Part shown: piece by piece, positions 39,091 through 52,056 of the stretch
Position numbering within the stretch: the stretch's first letter is position 1
How the letters are laid out: each line of letters opens with the position of its first letter
DNA from: Octopus bimaculoides
Lineage: Eukaryota
Length of the DNA: 53,635 nucleotides
Reading direction: 5' to 3'
Assembly (NCBI RefSeq): GCF_001194135.2
Contig: NC_068982.1
Span: 180,936,902-180,990,536 of the forward strand
Made by a program: the position numbers and the translations under genes
Notes under the pieces: model-generated
What the model was told of the DNA's origin: nothing
The model's database searches: none
Seen by the model: the letters and a program-made list of their open reading frames with translations, nothing else

Positions 39091-39864
39091 TATATANNNN
39101 NNNNNNNNNNNNNNNNNNNNNNNNNNNNNNNNNNNNNNNNNNNNNNNNNNNNNNNNNNNNNNNNNNNNNNNNNNNNNNNNNNNNNNNNNNNNNATATATA
39201 TGCATACATAAACTTATATTTATATATGTATGCGTATGTGTAAATATCATTTCAAGTGAAACGAGCTGTATGTAAATAAATTTATTCGAACATAAGCAAA
39301 AGAAGAAAGATTGTGTGGTGCGATATAAATTGTATGTATAGAATAATGTATTAATATAAATTTTGCTAATTAAGTGTAACATAAATCTTACGATAAGCTT
39401 GAATTACAAAGAGACATCTACAAAAATTGCAATCAAATATTGTTGAAGAAATACTTCAATTTATAACTAAATGATCAGATTAATTAGAGGTAGTTTCAAT
39501 TTCGTTGTGGACAAATTTAATTAAGCTTAAGAAAATGATAGATGTCTTATTAGGATATTGTGGGAAGAAATCTTAATTAAATTGATTATAATGACTAAAA
39601 AACTAAAACTAAGTTTAAGTGATTGAATTAATGGGTTAAAAGACGAAGCACATCTAGAAAAAGTTCTGAGTTTTTAATTTCCTACTGCATAGCTTTACTA
39701 CAATATTGCAGAAAAAAAGTAAAATGACTAAAGAAGTAATACATGAGAAGAATACAAGAAAGTTCCTTTATGTAAAAATGTTCACTGTCTCTCAGGACAA
39801 ATATCCAATAAAAAACTATAATAAAATTGAATAGCATAGAATATATTTTAACTTTTAACTTTTG

Positions 39865-40083
39865 CCGCGGTTATTGAACTGAAACCATGACGGGGCACCA
39901 CGCTATAATGTTTCGTCGAATAAATCGAACCCAGCACTTACTTTTTGTGTTTGGTAAGTATTCTATCACCTCTTCAGCCGAATCGGGAAGTTAAAGAACG
40001 GAAATAAATCAACAGAGGTTAACAGCGGTAGAGAGAACAAATGCAAACACACAAGTACACCCAAACAAACACACGCGCACACG

Positions 40084-40114
<31 letters not shown>

Positions 40115-40235
40115 GCATGCACAAACAAGTAGCGTGAAGCTCTGGACTAAAGTAGAAAACATTTGCTCGAGGTGCCCCGCAGTGTGACTGAACCCCGAAA
40201 CCACGAGGTTGCAAAGCACAGGGCTACTCATGTGC
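39865..40235 (-). mobile_element. tRNA-derived SINE with internal (AC)n tract, diverged
   Basis: Revcomp head ...cgtggtttcggggttcagtcacactgcggggcacctcgagcaaatgttttc and tail ...ttcgacgaaacattatagcgtggtgccccgtcatgg match the family. Confidence 0.75.
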
Positions 40236-41419
40236 CAATGAATTGCTTTGTATCAACCTATTTGCCAAATTATTGGCTTTCCTAGTTGTCTTAGGAGTTA
40301 CGGTTATATTTAATACAGAATTATTGCGGAAATTATGGTAAATTGTTCGAAAAGTTCTAAACGGGGATCGCTGAAAAAAAAGCATATTTACCCTTTTGCA
40401 TTCAATTCAAATAATAAACGTTTTAGTTCGTTGTTTGAAACTGTAGTATCAAATGCGACTCTGTATGAAATATCAATGAATGATATAGATGGGAAATGGA
40501 AGAAAACTAAAAAAAAACCTTTTCAAAACAGTCAACAAATTTGTAATACAAAAATTGCGATATAAAATGTCCTGTAGAATTAGTCAGAGCGAATAATTAC
40601 AAACTTTAACTACTAAATATTGTTAAACACACCTCTGCAAATGCAATGTACAAAAGCACTTCCCTTTAAATACAACGAACAACCGGCAGTGAGACTGTTT
40701 TAAGCAGATGCCCAAATGAGGCCCATGGCAGGCAATGGATTAATATGTACTGATATAATAAATAATGCAGATAAGTTTTTAAAACATTACCTATTGAATA
40801 AATAGTTGCTTAAAAGTATTAAATATGCAAGTATTCTACGTCTAAAATAAAAATCTCATTCTGAAAGTTACTTGAATAATTATAGTACCGAAAGCAATTT
40901 TATTTGACCTTCAGATTTTCCATTGTTAATGTTGTTTTCGCAACATATAGGGTTTTTCAATTGAATATTATCTTACGTACTGGCGGAATTTGAGGACAAA
41001 ATGGACATCGAAAGCGAGGTTTAACCCTCTTCGATCTAGGTTCTAAACGTGTGTTGGTACTGATGAAAAAAAATCATTTTCAAGGTGGTACCCGCTTAAT
41101 CTTTATGTCAGGGTTGAGACGAATTATTTTCGTTCTTGCACTGAACAACACTCCGTTACTTTGGGCAAGTAACAGTGTTACTACAAATTCATACATATTA
41201 TCACAATGTGAAGTCGATTTAAATTTGAAGCTACTAGTATATTTGACTTGTGCCGGTCACTAGACTGCAACCATGCTGGGGTACAGGCTTGTAAGGTTAT
41301 TAGTCAAACAAATCAACAACAGGACATTTTTGTTAACGCTTGATACTTATTCTGTCGCTTCTCTAATGCCGCATCGCTTCAATTATTAAATATCTTTTTC
41401 AAATAATATCTAATACTAA

Positions 41420-41730
41420 GGCCTAGGCGTGGTTGCTTGGTAAGACACTTGCATTCCAATCGCATGTTGTCGGTTCAGTTCCACATCGTAGTACCTTGTG
41501 CAAGTGTCTTCTATTATAACATCGGGCCAACCAAAGCCTTGTGAGTGGATTTGGTAGACGGAAACACAAGTCCATCGTATGACGAGGGAAACTTAGCGGT
41601 TCGCCAAAATAGACCGATAGCATAAGTATCAGTGTTAAAAATTCCTTGGGGCGATTTATTCGACTCAAACCTTTCAAGGGCTGTGCTCCACCACGGTGGG
41701 AGTCAATGAATGAAACAAATAATAGATAAA
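41420..41730 (+). mobile_element. tRNA-derived SINE lacking the internal microsatellite
   Basis: Core ccaaagccttgtgagtggatttggtagacggaaac joins almost directly to aacttagcggttcgccaaaatagaccgatag; tail aatgaatgaaacaaataa. Confidence 0.8.
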
Positions 41731-41735
41731 GGTTT

Positions 41736-41780
<45 letters not shown>

Positions 41781-41829
41781 ATATATTTCAATATATATCA
41801 TATATATATCAATATTCGAGCGAGATCGT

Positions 41830-41951
41830 TACCTGTTGCCGCTGGACTGATTCCTGTGCAGGTGGCACGTAAAAAATCACTATTTGGAGCGTGGGCGTTG
41901 CCAGTGCTCAGTGAAATCGTCCAACCCATGCTAGCATGGAAAACGTTAAAC

Positions 41952-41984
<33 letters not shown>

Positions 41985-41985
41985 A
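41830..41985 (+). mobile_element. SINE/LINE 3' end with (GAT)n tail (RTE-type tail)
   Basis: cctgtgcaggtggcacgtaaaaaatcac...cgtccaacccatgctagcatggaaaacgttaaacgatgatgat... Confidence 0.7.
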
Positions 41986-42249
41986 TATNNNNNNNNNNNN
42001 NNNNNNNNNNNNNNNNNNNNNNNNNNNNNNNNNNNNNNNNNNNNNNNNNNNNNNNNNNNNNNNNNNNNNNNNNNNNNNNNNNNNNNNNNNNNNNNNNNNN
42101 NNNNNNNNNNNNNNNNNNNNNNNNNNNNNNNNNNNNNNNNNNNNNNNNNNNNNNNNNNNNNNNTATATATATAATACAAAGAATATATATATACATGTAT
42201 ACACACATATATGTACATACTTACATCTACATGTGTATATATATGCATA

Positions 42250-43500
42250 TCAGGGTACAGGACGTTAGAACAATGAACTACAGACAACGGAACGAACACA
42301 TAGGAAAACGGAAAGCCACTTGCAATAATTTATAGAAAAAACAAAAGACGGAGACATACTCTCTTCATCAGTAGGGAATAAGATGAAATATTCAGTGAGA
42401 GAATGAATAAAAGAAAATAAAAAAAAACGCGTGGAGTTCAACGGTCCAACATGGTGGTGATATGGAAAAAAGAGGTTGAAAGGAAAGGAGATAATAAAAA
42501 GTGGTTCCATGAAAGTGTGATAATAATAGAGCTAGTGATCACAACAACAAAAGGTGAGCCTGCGGATGTGTGTATGTGAGAATGGTGTATGTGAGTGTGT
42601 ATGTATGAACAGGGGCGATTCCCTTTGATGTATGTGAGTGAGAGCATGTGTGACATGTGTGTGTGTTTGTGTATGTTGTGTGTAGCAGTGTATGTGTGCT
42701 TTGTTAAATGCTGTATGCACGTGTAAGTATGTGTGTCTGTGACCAAGCAGCGTGCATGTGTATGTTGTATGTATGTGAATGAAAGCTACCTTTATCTATG
42801 TATTTAGATTGTGTTAATGCGTGCTGCGTGTGTATGTATATATTGTTAGGTATTACGTACGTGTGTGGGTTCGGGAGTGTACATGATGGTGTGAGGCGTG
42901 TCTACTGTGTTAAACACTGTGTGTGGATGTTCATATAGCGGTATGTGTGGTGGCGATATTGAAAATGGTGTGTGGTGTAGGTGCTGAGACGTGGTCAGTG
43001 CTACTGTGTGTGGAGTGATGCGGGGTTGGTGTCAAATGAACAGAGGAGGCAAAGTTGGTGTCAGATGCCGAAAGGAGGTGAGCTGAGCCCATGTCACACA
43101 AAGGAGTGAAGAGAGAAGATTAATTCCTGGTCACGGCGAAGGCGGGATTCCGAGTGGTCCCTGTGCAAAAATAGTCTGAGCACTGACAGATGGAGCAGCA
43201 AATGGCCGGTAGAGCGGAAATAGCACGAGACCTGGGTGTCATTGCCGAGTTTGATGTCTCGGAGTTGTACCGCGAACCGTTCAGCCAAGCGATGATCTGT
43301 TTGACAGATGTACGAGTAAGGACAGATAGAGTAAGAGATGCGGTAAATGACATTACTAGAAGTGCAGGTAAAGGAGTCGGTGATGTGATGGGGATGATGG
43401 TGTGTGCCTGTGAGGTAGGTGGTGTTGGAGAGATTGCGGTAAGTGCGTCAGCATGGGCGGATTGAACCGTGACCTGGGAACCTGGAGTTCTTCTCTAATC
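42250..43500 (-). mobile_element. PLE 3' portion: GIY-YIG endonuclease, low-complexity 3' region and pLTR-like end with hammerhead relic
   Basis: Minus frame reads NTTYLTGTHHHPHHITDSFTCTSSNVIYRISYSICPYSYICQTDHRLAERFAVQLRDIKLGNDTQVSCYFRSTGH...RLRRDQELIFSLHSF (Neptune-like VIY/YIG spacing); CUGAUGA core at 42371-42365. Confidence 0.85.
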
Positions 43501-43506
43501 TAAGAA

Positions 43507-43738
43507 TGTTAGCCTGGTTCTCTCTTAACAGCAATTATTTTAAAAATCTTCCATATGTCACTGGTGTTTTTGTAAGGTCAGGCTGTTGGAATTTTTGGCC
43601 ATGTTGTGAAAAGACGATAAATTGTTGTGAAAAGACGATAATTTTACACTATTCCCACTCTGTCAGTAACATTCAATTCTTATTGCAGTTCTCCATGACC
43701 AGGAACCCATATAGCATTCCTGTCACCTCTTTCTCTTA
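43507..43738. repeat. ~200-230 bp direct repeat of 44520-44720
   Basis: Both copies carry tcttccatatgtc.actggtgttttt...tttttggcc.tgttgtga.aagacgataa...tattcccactctgtcagtaacattcaattcttattgcag.tctccatg.ccaggaacccatatagcatt.ctgtcac; this copy has an extra 21-bp tandem duplication. Confidence 0.9.
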
Positions 43739-44029
43739 TGAAATATTTTGCCCGGATTGATAATCCCTCACTACATATAAATATATATATACATTTACAT
43801 ACATATTCAAGCACATATACATAGACACACGCACGCAAACACTCACATGCACACACGCGCACGCACACGCATATACCCACACACGCACGCACACATATAC
43901 ACACATACACAGATAGAATGAGAGTGTTCTATATACAAACATTGTTGACAATCGTTACTTTTCTATCATATATATTTTCAAATCTTTTAAATTTTGAATT
44001 CTTAACCATTCAGACTTACACGGAAATGC

Positions 44030-44720
44030 GCATTCGTCCCTAATTACTGCTTATTTACTCTCATCTTCAGCATTGTGGAGGTAATTATATCTTCAGGTTT
44101 TCAGTCAATAAACTTTTTAAGTAACTCTTTCAAGTATTGTCCCTACCACAGGAGTTGCGTCCACTAATACCTCATTCATATCATCTCCATTTCCCTTTCT
44201 ATCGTACAAATGTAATCTCCAGCATAATTGTTTTCTCTTACAATAAACAAAGGGCAGCTCTATAATTCAATAACACTGTTATATTTGAATGAAATGATCT
44301 ACTTGCATCCACTAAAAATTATAGAACTTCCACCCCTCTTTCAATTGATTATTTTTGCTGATATATCACTTTATTTGAAATGGCAATCATAACTAAATTT
44401 GACATATATCTATACTTTATTTCTTAAGATTAATTTACTTTTCTTTTATTTTTCTCATTTTATTCTTTTTCTCTGTAGACAAAACTCTTGTCTTCTTTGT
44501 TATTTTCAAATTATTCTTTGTTCCGTGTTCTCTTAACAACACACTTATTTTTAGAGTCTTCCATATGTCTACTGGTGTTTTCTCTGAGGACAGTGAATCG
44601 CAGTTTTTGGCCTTGTTGTGAGAAGACGATAAGTTTACCGTATTCCCACTCTGTCAGTAACATTCAATTCTTATTGCAGCTCTCCATGGCCAGGAACCCA
44701 TATAGCATTTCTGTCACTCC
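44030..44720 (-). mobile_element. Possible R4/Dong-like LINE 3' remnant (RLE region)
   Basis: Weak motifs across frameshifts: IAIS (cf. ID.AIP), VVGTI (cf. PVVVGALGTI), gcagtaattagggacg...gcgcat (cf. AVILGTAHIL). Confidence 0.35.
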
Positions 44721-45530
44721 CCACTCTCTCTCTATCTGTCTGTCTCTCTATCTGTCTGTCTCTCTATCTGTCTGTCTCTCTATCTGTCTGTCTCACTATC
44801 TCTCTAACCGACTAAACTAACGAAATACCTAACTCTATATCTCCGTATATGTACATAAATATGTAGTTAAGTATTTACACACATACGTAAATACATGCAT
44901 ACACTCATACATATATACATACATACATACACACATACAAATATAGATACATACATTCGCACACCTACATACAAACATCTACATACACATATATACATTA
45001 ATTGCAGGAGATATCTATTAGCCGATGAGGCAGTGGTAGTTATTATGTGGAGACGTCTTGTGTCTTGACTTTGTCATATATCGACTCAGTCATGGGAATG
45101 ATGGGAATAAGTTTCTAAAATAAAATTATATTCATAGTTCCTTTCACATAGAATAGAATTTCGGTAATTTATCTTCGACAGGAAAGCTGATTTAATGAAT
45201 AAAATATACGTTTGAAAGAAGGAAATATTTTAATCATTTGACAAATAAATATATTTATGAATAAATTCATATTCTATAAACAACATTAAATAGATTAAGT
45301 TTAATTTCGGTACTAAATCATTTTTGAAATAATCTTCAATAAAAATGAAAAAGAAAACAAAAACAGAAAGACTTCTGAAATCAGCGTTTGTCGTTTTGTT
45401 TTCCCTCTTCTCCATAGCAACAATGATAACTGAAGCAAAAATGAACTGAACGCACACACACACATGCACGCGCAGACACACACACACATACACACACACA
45501 CACACACACATACAGTGAAACATTCATACG

Positions 45531-45561
<31 letters not shown>

Positions 45562-46424
45562 ACACAAATACTCACGTGCGTACACACGCGCGCATTGCCC
45601 CATCCCGCACACGTAGTCGCACACACAGAAATCATCACAACCAAATGAAACATTAATTCAAGATCAATAACGACAACATTCGGAGAATATATTATGAAAA
45701 GATCAAGCAAATATTAATCTTGTTCTATTGTTAAATGCCCAGCATCAGACAATACTTGTGTTTTGCCGACATTTAAGCCGGATAATTGCTACCAGATAAT
45801 TAATCAATGCCATATATATTTGATTGCAGTAATTCTTACGTTATTGCTATTATTCTTATTCTTATTCTTACTACTTCTACTACTACTACTACTATTACTA
45901 CTGCTACTACTACTACTACTACTACTAATACTACATTTTTTTGTAAAGAGTCTGTATCACAATATGTCGTAATATTATTTGTTTTTTATTCATAATTTTT
46001 TTTTTTTGTAATAAGCAATTCAATAGCAAAACTAAACAAAATAATTTACTATGATCACCTAGTGCATACATTTTGCTTCACGGACTCGTAAATCTCTGAT
46101 CAATTTGTAGAAAGGTTGAGGGAAACTGTTTGAAAGAGAAACATCCAGAACAGTGCATATCTATTTTACAATGCAATAATTCAATAAAGAAACTATTCTC
46201 GATTGAGTATAAAGATTATGAGACCAATCAAACGATTTATTCAAAGAAAATAATCATTAAAGCATAAATAATTGATTCATAAGTTACTGGTCCTTCCAAT
46301 TGTACACACACGCGCACACACACACGCGCACACACACACACACGCGCATAAATACATACATACTTACATACTTACACATGTACACACATATATTTATATA
46401 AATGTTTATATGTATATATACATA

Positions 46425-46471
<47 letters not shown>

Positions 46472-46604
46472 CCAAAGGTTGCAAAACGCAACGGCAATTT
46501 TAGAAAAATAAAAAAATAAATGAGTGGAATTTTTACCGGCGGGTTTGTTAAATTATAAGGCACCAAAAAAGAATGACTCTTCTCAGACACAACAGTCTAT
46601 ACTA

Positions 46605-47420
46605 AAACAGCCATACTCTGTTTTTTCATGGAACCGCTCACGGCATCCAATAATATCATTGATCTGGGTGTGATTATTCATAAAAATCTCAATTGGAGTG
46701 CTCACATCAACAATAAGACCGATATAACTCATAGGATGAGCTCCTGAATCTTAAGAACCTTCCGGTCCAGAGAATAAGGTGTCATCATTCCACTTTTCTC
46801 CTCCTTTGTACGGCCACACCTCGAATACTGCTGCCTCTTGTGGTCTCCCTATACAAAACATAACATCTCGAGGATTGAATCACCTCAGAGAGCACTCACT
46901 AAACGAATTGAAGGCATGACTGATCTCGATTACTGAGACCGCCTTAAAGCCTTGAAGCTCTACTCTTTCCAGCACCGCCGCGAGTCGTACATCATGTGTA
47001 CGATGTGGAGAATATACCACCAGCATTACCCAAACGACCTGAACATTAGTTTCAAGATTCATCCAAGAATGGAACCACAGATCATACGTCCCCTACCCTA
47101 CTCAGGATCACAACATATAGGTACACTGCGGCATAATTTCTTTTCCTCAACAGGCCCTGCCCTGTTTAACATTGTCCCAAAACAGATAAAAGAGGAAAAT
47201 GATTCTGTCAGCTTTAAACGGAGTCTGGACAGATTTCTTCAAGGAATACCTGATAAGCCACCCATACCTGGATACAACTCTCTCAACAAGAACTCACTAC
47301 TTGTATGGACCATAAACAAAACTTGACTTAAAAAGGATTTAGATAATCCTATCAGGTGGTGCTATTAAGTTAGACATGACCTGGACCAATCTTTGGTCGA
47401 AACATATCTAAGTTTATATA

Positions 47421-47430
<10 letters not shown>
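46605..47430 (+). mobile_element. CR1-type LINE, 5'-truncated, with intact 3' end
   Basis: DLGVIIHKNLNWSAHI...ILRTF...FVRPHLEYCCLLWSPY...QRALTKRIEGM...RLKALKLYSFQHRRESY...GPALFNIVPKQIKE...IPDKPPIPGY; 3' stem-loop and TAAGTTTATA x2 tail. Confidence 0.95.
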
Positions 47431-47481
<51 letters not shown>

Positions 47482-48279
47482 ACAAACACACACACACACA
47501 CACACATACCCCTTTTGCAGCTTCCCTACTTGTTCCAAAATCGTGGTTGAGTGATTAACATCGATTATCGATAGGACTGTAACTAAGATAGCATTTTACA
47601 GGACAAGATAACGCAAGACACCCTGTTTAGTGTTTTTACGTCTTTGTGTATTATCCTTACTCGCAAACAAATAGAAACTCATGTTCCCGGACACACCCAA
47701 ACTACAAACTCACCTGCCTCAGTTTATACATATGTATACATATACAGACACGTAGGTAAACATACACGTAGGTAAACATACACGTGCGCACGCACATTCA
47801 CATACAAAAAGAGACACACGTGCATACATGCATATATGTATGTATATAAATTATCATTAATCCAAACATGTGAAGGAATGGAAGAAATGAAGCTGAAAAT
47901 GTGTAAAGAATATAGAAGAATTAATTATAATTCAATATGTTGGCATACACTTGACTTGTTTCACATTTGATGTTCATTAGATTAATGTTTCACATTAGAT
48001 GTGTATAGCGTATCGAGTTGTGACACGAATTATGCCTATTCTGACCGTAATTATAAAACTTGTTTGACTTCAAAGTAGAAATGTCCCTTAAGAATCTATC
48101 TGTTAATGTATACATTGATTGTCAACGTTTATGTATTACATTCATGTGAAAGTCGCTTGAAAAGATCACATAAAAGCTTTTTCTCCAGTTAATAAGTCAT
48201 ATAACTGTTATAAAAGATAGATGTGAATAAGGGATATAATAATCCTTCATATAAAAGTGTTATAAATAATTATTGTTTA

Positions 48280-49190
48280 TTATTTTCTCGAAGAATACCT
48301 TCATCAGTTACTGATAGTTTCCTCCAACTGAACATGCTAACACATATCCCTGTTTTGTTAACAAGGTGTGGAATAAATAAGATAACAAGCTGTGGAGTAA
48401 ATAAGACAGATGATACCTGCTACATGATATATATATATATTTTTAAGAACGAGCCGAAGCAAACATTTTACAATAATTCATTCATAGGCAAAGGAGAATC
48501 ATATAATACTGATGCTTTTAATAAACGAACTTTCCTTATTAATTCGAGTTTGGTCTGGAGTATTGTCAGCACATTGATGAGGTGAGAAGACCAGAAATTT
48601 GTGAGATTTAGTTCTAGCGTGTATGTCCAGATGTTCGTTTACTAAGTGATATTTATCTTGTTTTTAGATCCTTATTTGTAGACGATAAATATTTAATCTC
48701 TTTATCAAAGAGAGCTTAGTTTGTCCAATTTAGTCGTCCCTGTATCAATTACATCTGATTGCATAAATTCACTTTTCTAGTATAAGTGCAATTGTTTTCA
48801 TAGTTAATAACTTGGCCGTATTTAAATTTTTAAGTTCTGTCTTCAGTTAGGTCTTCATAATTTCTATAACTGGATCAGCCACACCTTTTAACTGTTGCAT
48901 CTGAGTCCTTAGTTTGTAGTTACCTGCTCGTAAATAATTTTCTTTTTTTTTTTCTGGAGATAGGACTTTGCGTACTTTTGCATGTGATTATTTTGTATAG
49001 GTGAAGTGCTCTTTACATTTTTGGGGTTGGCCCAATAGCGGTATGATCTGATAGGTAATGGTAAATGTATTTTTCTTAGGGCTGTATGTTGTAATTGAAG
49101 ATAAGCGTTTTGAGTGCATCTGGACTGGTTTGCTTTTCTTCAGTAGTGGAACGATGTAAATTATAGCTCATTCTATAAGCTAGGAACATT
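48280..49190 (-). mobile_element. PLE GIY-YIG endonuclease remnant with pLTR-like downstream region
   Basis: Minus frames read KRCG*SSYRNYEDLTE...KFKYGQV, IYAIRCN*YRDD*IGQTKLSLIKRLNIYRLQIR, EHLDIHA, RINKESSFIK; hammerhead-like words at 48283-48321. Confidence 0.85.
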
Positions 49191-49684
49191 TCTAGTATAT
49201 CCGCCATGTAGTCCTATACATTCATATAAATATGTGTGTGTGTCTGTATGTACACCCCCACACACTCTCAAAACCGCATACACTTAAACACGCGCGTTAA
49301 AACACACTTGAGTTCTCTAATTTACTCACTCTGTGTGGCACTTCTCCGAGGTGCTGCGCAGTGGCATTAAACCAGGTTGTACAGCAAAAAGTCAACCAAT
49401 ATCTTGTGTCTGAATTCGTTAAGTAGAGATTGGGTGGTAGGCTACAATATTTGTGTGTTTGTGGATATGCGTGTATAAGCGGCTGCCTGTGTGTATGCGC
49501 ATAATTTTCTTCGCTATAAATCTTTGTGCCTGCATACCTGTTTAATATACAGAATAAATACCATTATGGGCATTGTAAAGACACAATATTTAAAATAGTG
49601 AGTAATACTTCATACTGTATTTACGCCGATAACATATTCTGAAAACTGTAAAACCTCGAAGTTTACATTCGCTGTTAACAATAA

Positions 49685-50110
49685 TAATATCGGTTTCAAA
49701 TTTTGACACAAGGCCAGCAATTTCGAGTGAAGCCATGAGTCAATTACATCCACCCCAGTCATTGACTGGTACTTATTTTATCGACCCCGAAAGAATCAAA
49801 GTTAACTTCGTCCCCGGTGTACTAACGATTCTGACAGTTCAAATTCTTAATTGACAATAATGATACCAAAAAAAATAATTACAACATGAATGTTGCTTTC
49901 AAATTCTGGCACAAGACCAATAACTTCTGGGGAGCGAGTAAGATGGCTGCATCGACGTGCAATGCTCTACTGGTATTCTTTCGTCGAACCCGAAAAGATG
50001 AGAGACAAAGTCAACCTCGGCGGCGGAATTTGAATTCACAATGTAAAGAATGATGATATGGTACTAAGCAATTTGCCCTGAGTGCTAACGATTCTACCAG
50101 TTCGCCGCAC
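49685..50110 (-). mobile_element. Two adjacent diverged SINE copies (30901 family), ~49685-49840 and ~49885-50110
   Basis: Both contain tttcaaatt.tg.cacaag.cca, ctggta.t..ttt..tcga.ccc.gaaa and .ctaacgattct; the second retains cggaatttgaattc (B-box). Confidence 0.75.
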
Positions 50111-50139
50111 AACAACAGGATTATTATTAATAACCAGAC

Positions 50140-50450
50140 TACCACTCACATGTTGGGTCACCGGGTAGTCTGAGTTTCCAGCAACGGAGTTTTGTTTCGT
50201 GGAGATTTTTCATTTTCACTTCCATGTTATTTCGTATGCTTTCAACGAATGTGACACCGAAATCACGAGTAAATGTCTCCTTTCCCCAGAAAAGGTAAGA
50301 TTTGGCTATTATTTCTTGCACGCTCTGCTTCCACGAACCGGGCATTTGGGGTTCTTTATCGCAAATAGCTGTTACATTTTGGCAGGGAGTGCTAGAAATG
50401 GCAGCCAAATCTTTGGAGATGAGATACGTTGAATGCACTCGAAATACTTA
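50140..50450 (-). mobile_element. Decayed RTE-like LINE C-terminal fragment
   Basis: GVTFVESIRNNMEVKMKNLHETKLRCW resembles GVT..DRIRN.........KLRE.RLRWFG. Confidence 0.45.
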
Positions 50451-50764
50451 CCGTATTTTTAAAGTCATTTCCACTTAAAAATATTAAGCCCAACACAATA
50501 TGTCTTATGGAAACGATAGAATTTCTTACCTCCCATGGCTAAGTTATTTTCAGAGTATTTTCCCATTATGCACCGCTTTTGGAGTATTTATGCCTCAAAC
50601 CCCCGAATATCTAAATAACTACTGGTCCAGTTTACGTGAAAGTTGTTTTATTCCAGTCGTATTCACATTCAGGCGCACCTTACTTTCGAAGTATTTTCCG
50701 ATTTGGCTGTGTAACATTGCAAACAAGCAATATTGAACTTCACTTTTAATGTATTATAGATAGT

Positions 50765-50975
50765 TACGGCGGATAACTGGCACAGCTGTTACCGCAACAG
50801 AAAGGTGTTCAGCAGCATTTCTTCCGACCTTAGGATCTGTGTTTAAATGCCGCCACCGACGACTTTGCCTTTCAGGTTTTGTGATGGATAAAATAAGTAC
50901 CATTTGAGAGCTGAGATCGATGTAAAGGACTTAGAGTCTCCGACAAAATTACTGGCCTTGAGACAAAATTAGAGA
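50765..50975 (+). mobile_element. Diverged SINE (30901 family)
   Basis: gactttgcctttca...ataaaataagtacca...tcgatgtaa...gact...aaattactggccttg matches the family body and tail. Confidence 0.7.
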
Positions 50976-52010
50976 TGAATATTGTTAATGATAGTTGTTG
51001 TAATAGTTATAGTAAGGGTGGTATTAGCACGTATAGTAGTACATCTTAAATAAATAAGCAAACAATACACACATAGACGAACACAGACAACACACGTATT
51101 CATATGCGTGAGCTTCTTTCCTCTTTGTTGTAAATGATATTGCACATATATAGTACCACCAATGAAACTTCTACCATCTGTGAGAACTGTACTCCGATAA
51201 ATTATTTTGTGTTAATGCAAATCAATTTTGTTTCCACCGTTTAAAAAATTAATTTTTATGCAGCTTGATAAACAGTTACTGTCACTATGACATGACTGCT
51301 TCCTGGAAATTCTAGTCTACACACCATCATGGCGACTTTACAAAAGTTTCACATAGTTCCACACAAAAGAAAAATTTATTTATGAAATATTGACGTACAC
51401 TGAATTGCACACACGTCCATAAACAATTACACAAACATATATGTATGTATGTATGTATGCATGTATGCATATATGTATATATACATCTATATATATATAT
51501 TCATATATACACACACAGACATATATATATATATACATATATATATGTATGTAAATTTATGTGTATCCTTATCTTTATCTGTATATATTTATACATATGC
51601 GCATATGTATGTGTATACATACACACACACACACACACACACACATGTATATATATATATATATATATATGCATGTATATATATATATATATATATANNN
51701 NNNNNNNNNNNNNNNNNNNNNNNNNNNNNNNNNNNNNNNNNNNNNNNNNNNNNNNNNNNNNNNNNNNNNNNNNNNNNNNNNNNNNNNNNNNNNNNNNNNN
51801 NNNNNNNNNNNNNNNNNNNNNNNNNNNNNNNNNNNNNNNNNNNNNNNNNNNNNNNNNNNNNNNNNNNNNNNNNNNNNNNNNNNNNNNNNNNNNNNNNNNN
51901 NNNNNNNNNNNNNNNNNNNNNNNNNNNNNNNNNNNNNNNNNNNNNNNNNNNNNNNNNNNNNNNNNNNNNNNNNNNNNNNNNNNNNNNNNNNNNNNNNNNN
52001 NNNNNNNNNN

Positions 52011-52056
<46 letters not shown>

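Noticed and set aside
43680-43720. WVPGHG resembling an RNase H motif
   Set aside because: Followed immediately by a stop with no other RNase H motifs; lies in the duplicated decayed repeat.
45408-45422. RFX X-box-like CCATAGCAAC
   Set aside because: Half site only, with no promoter context.
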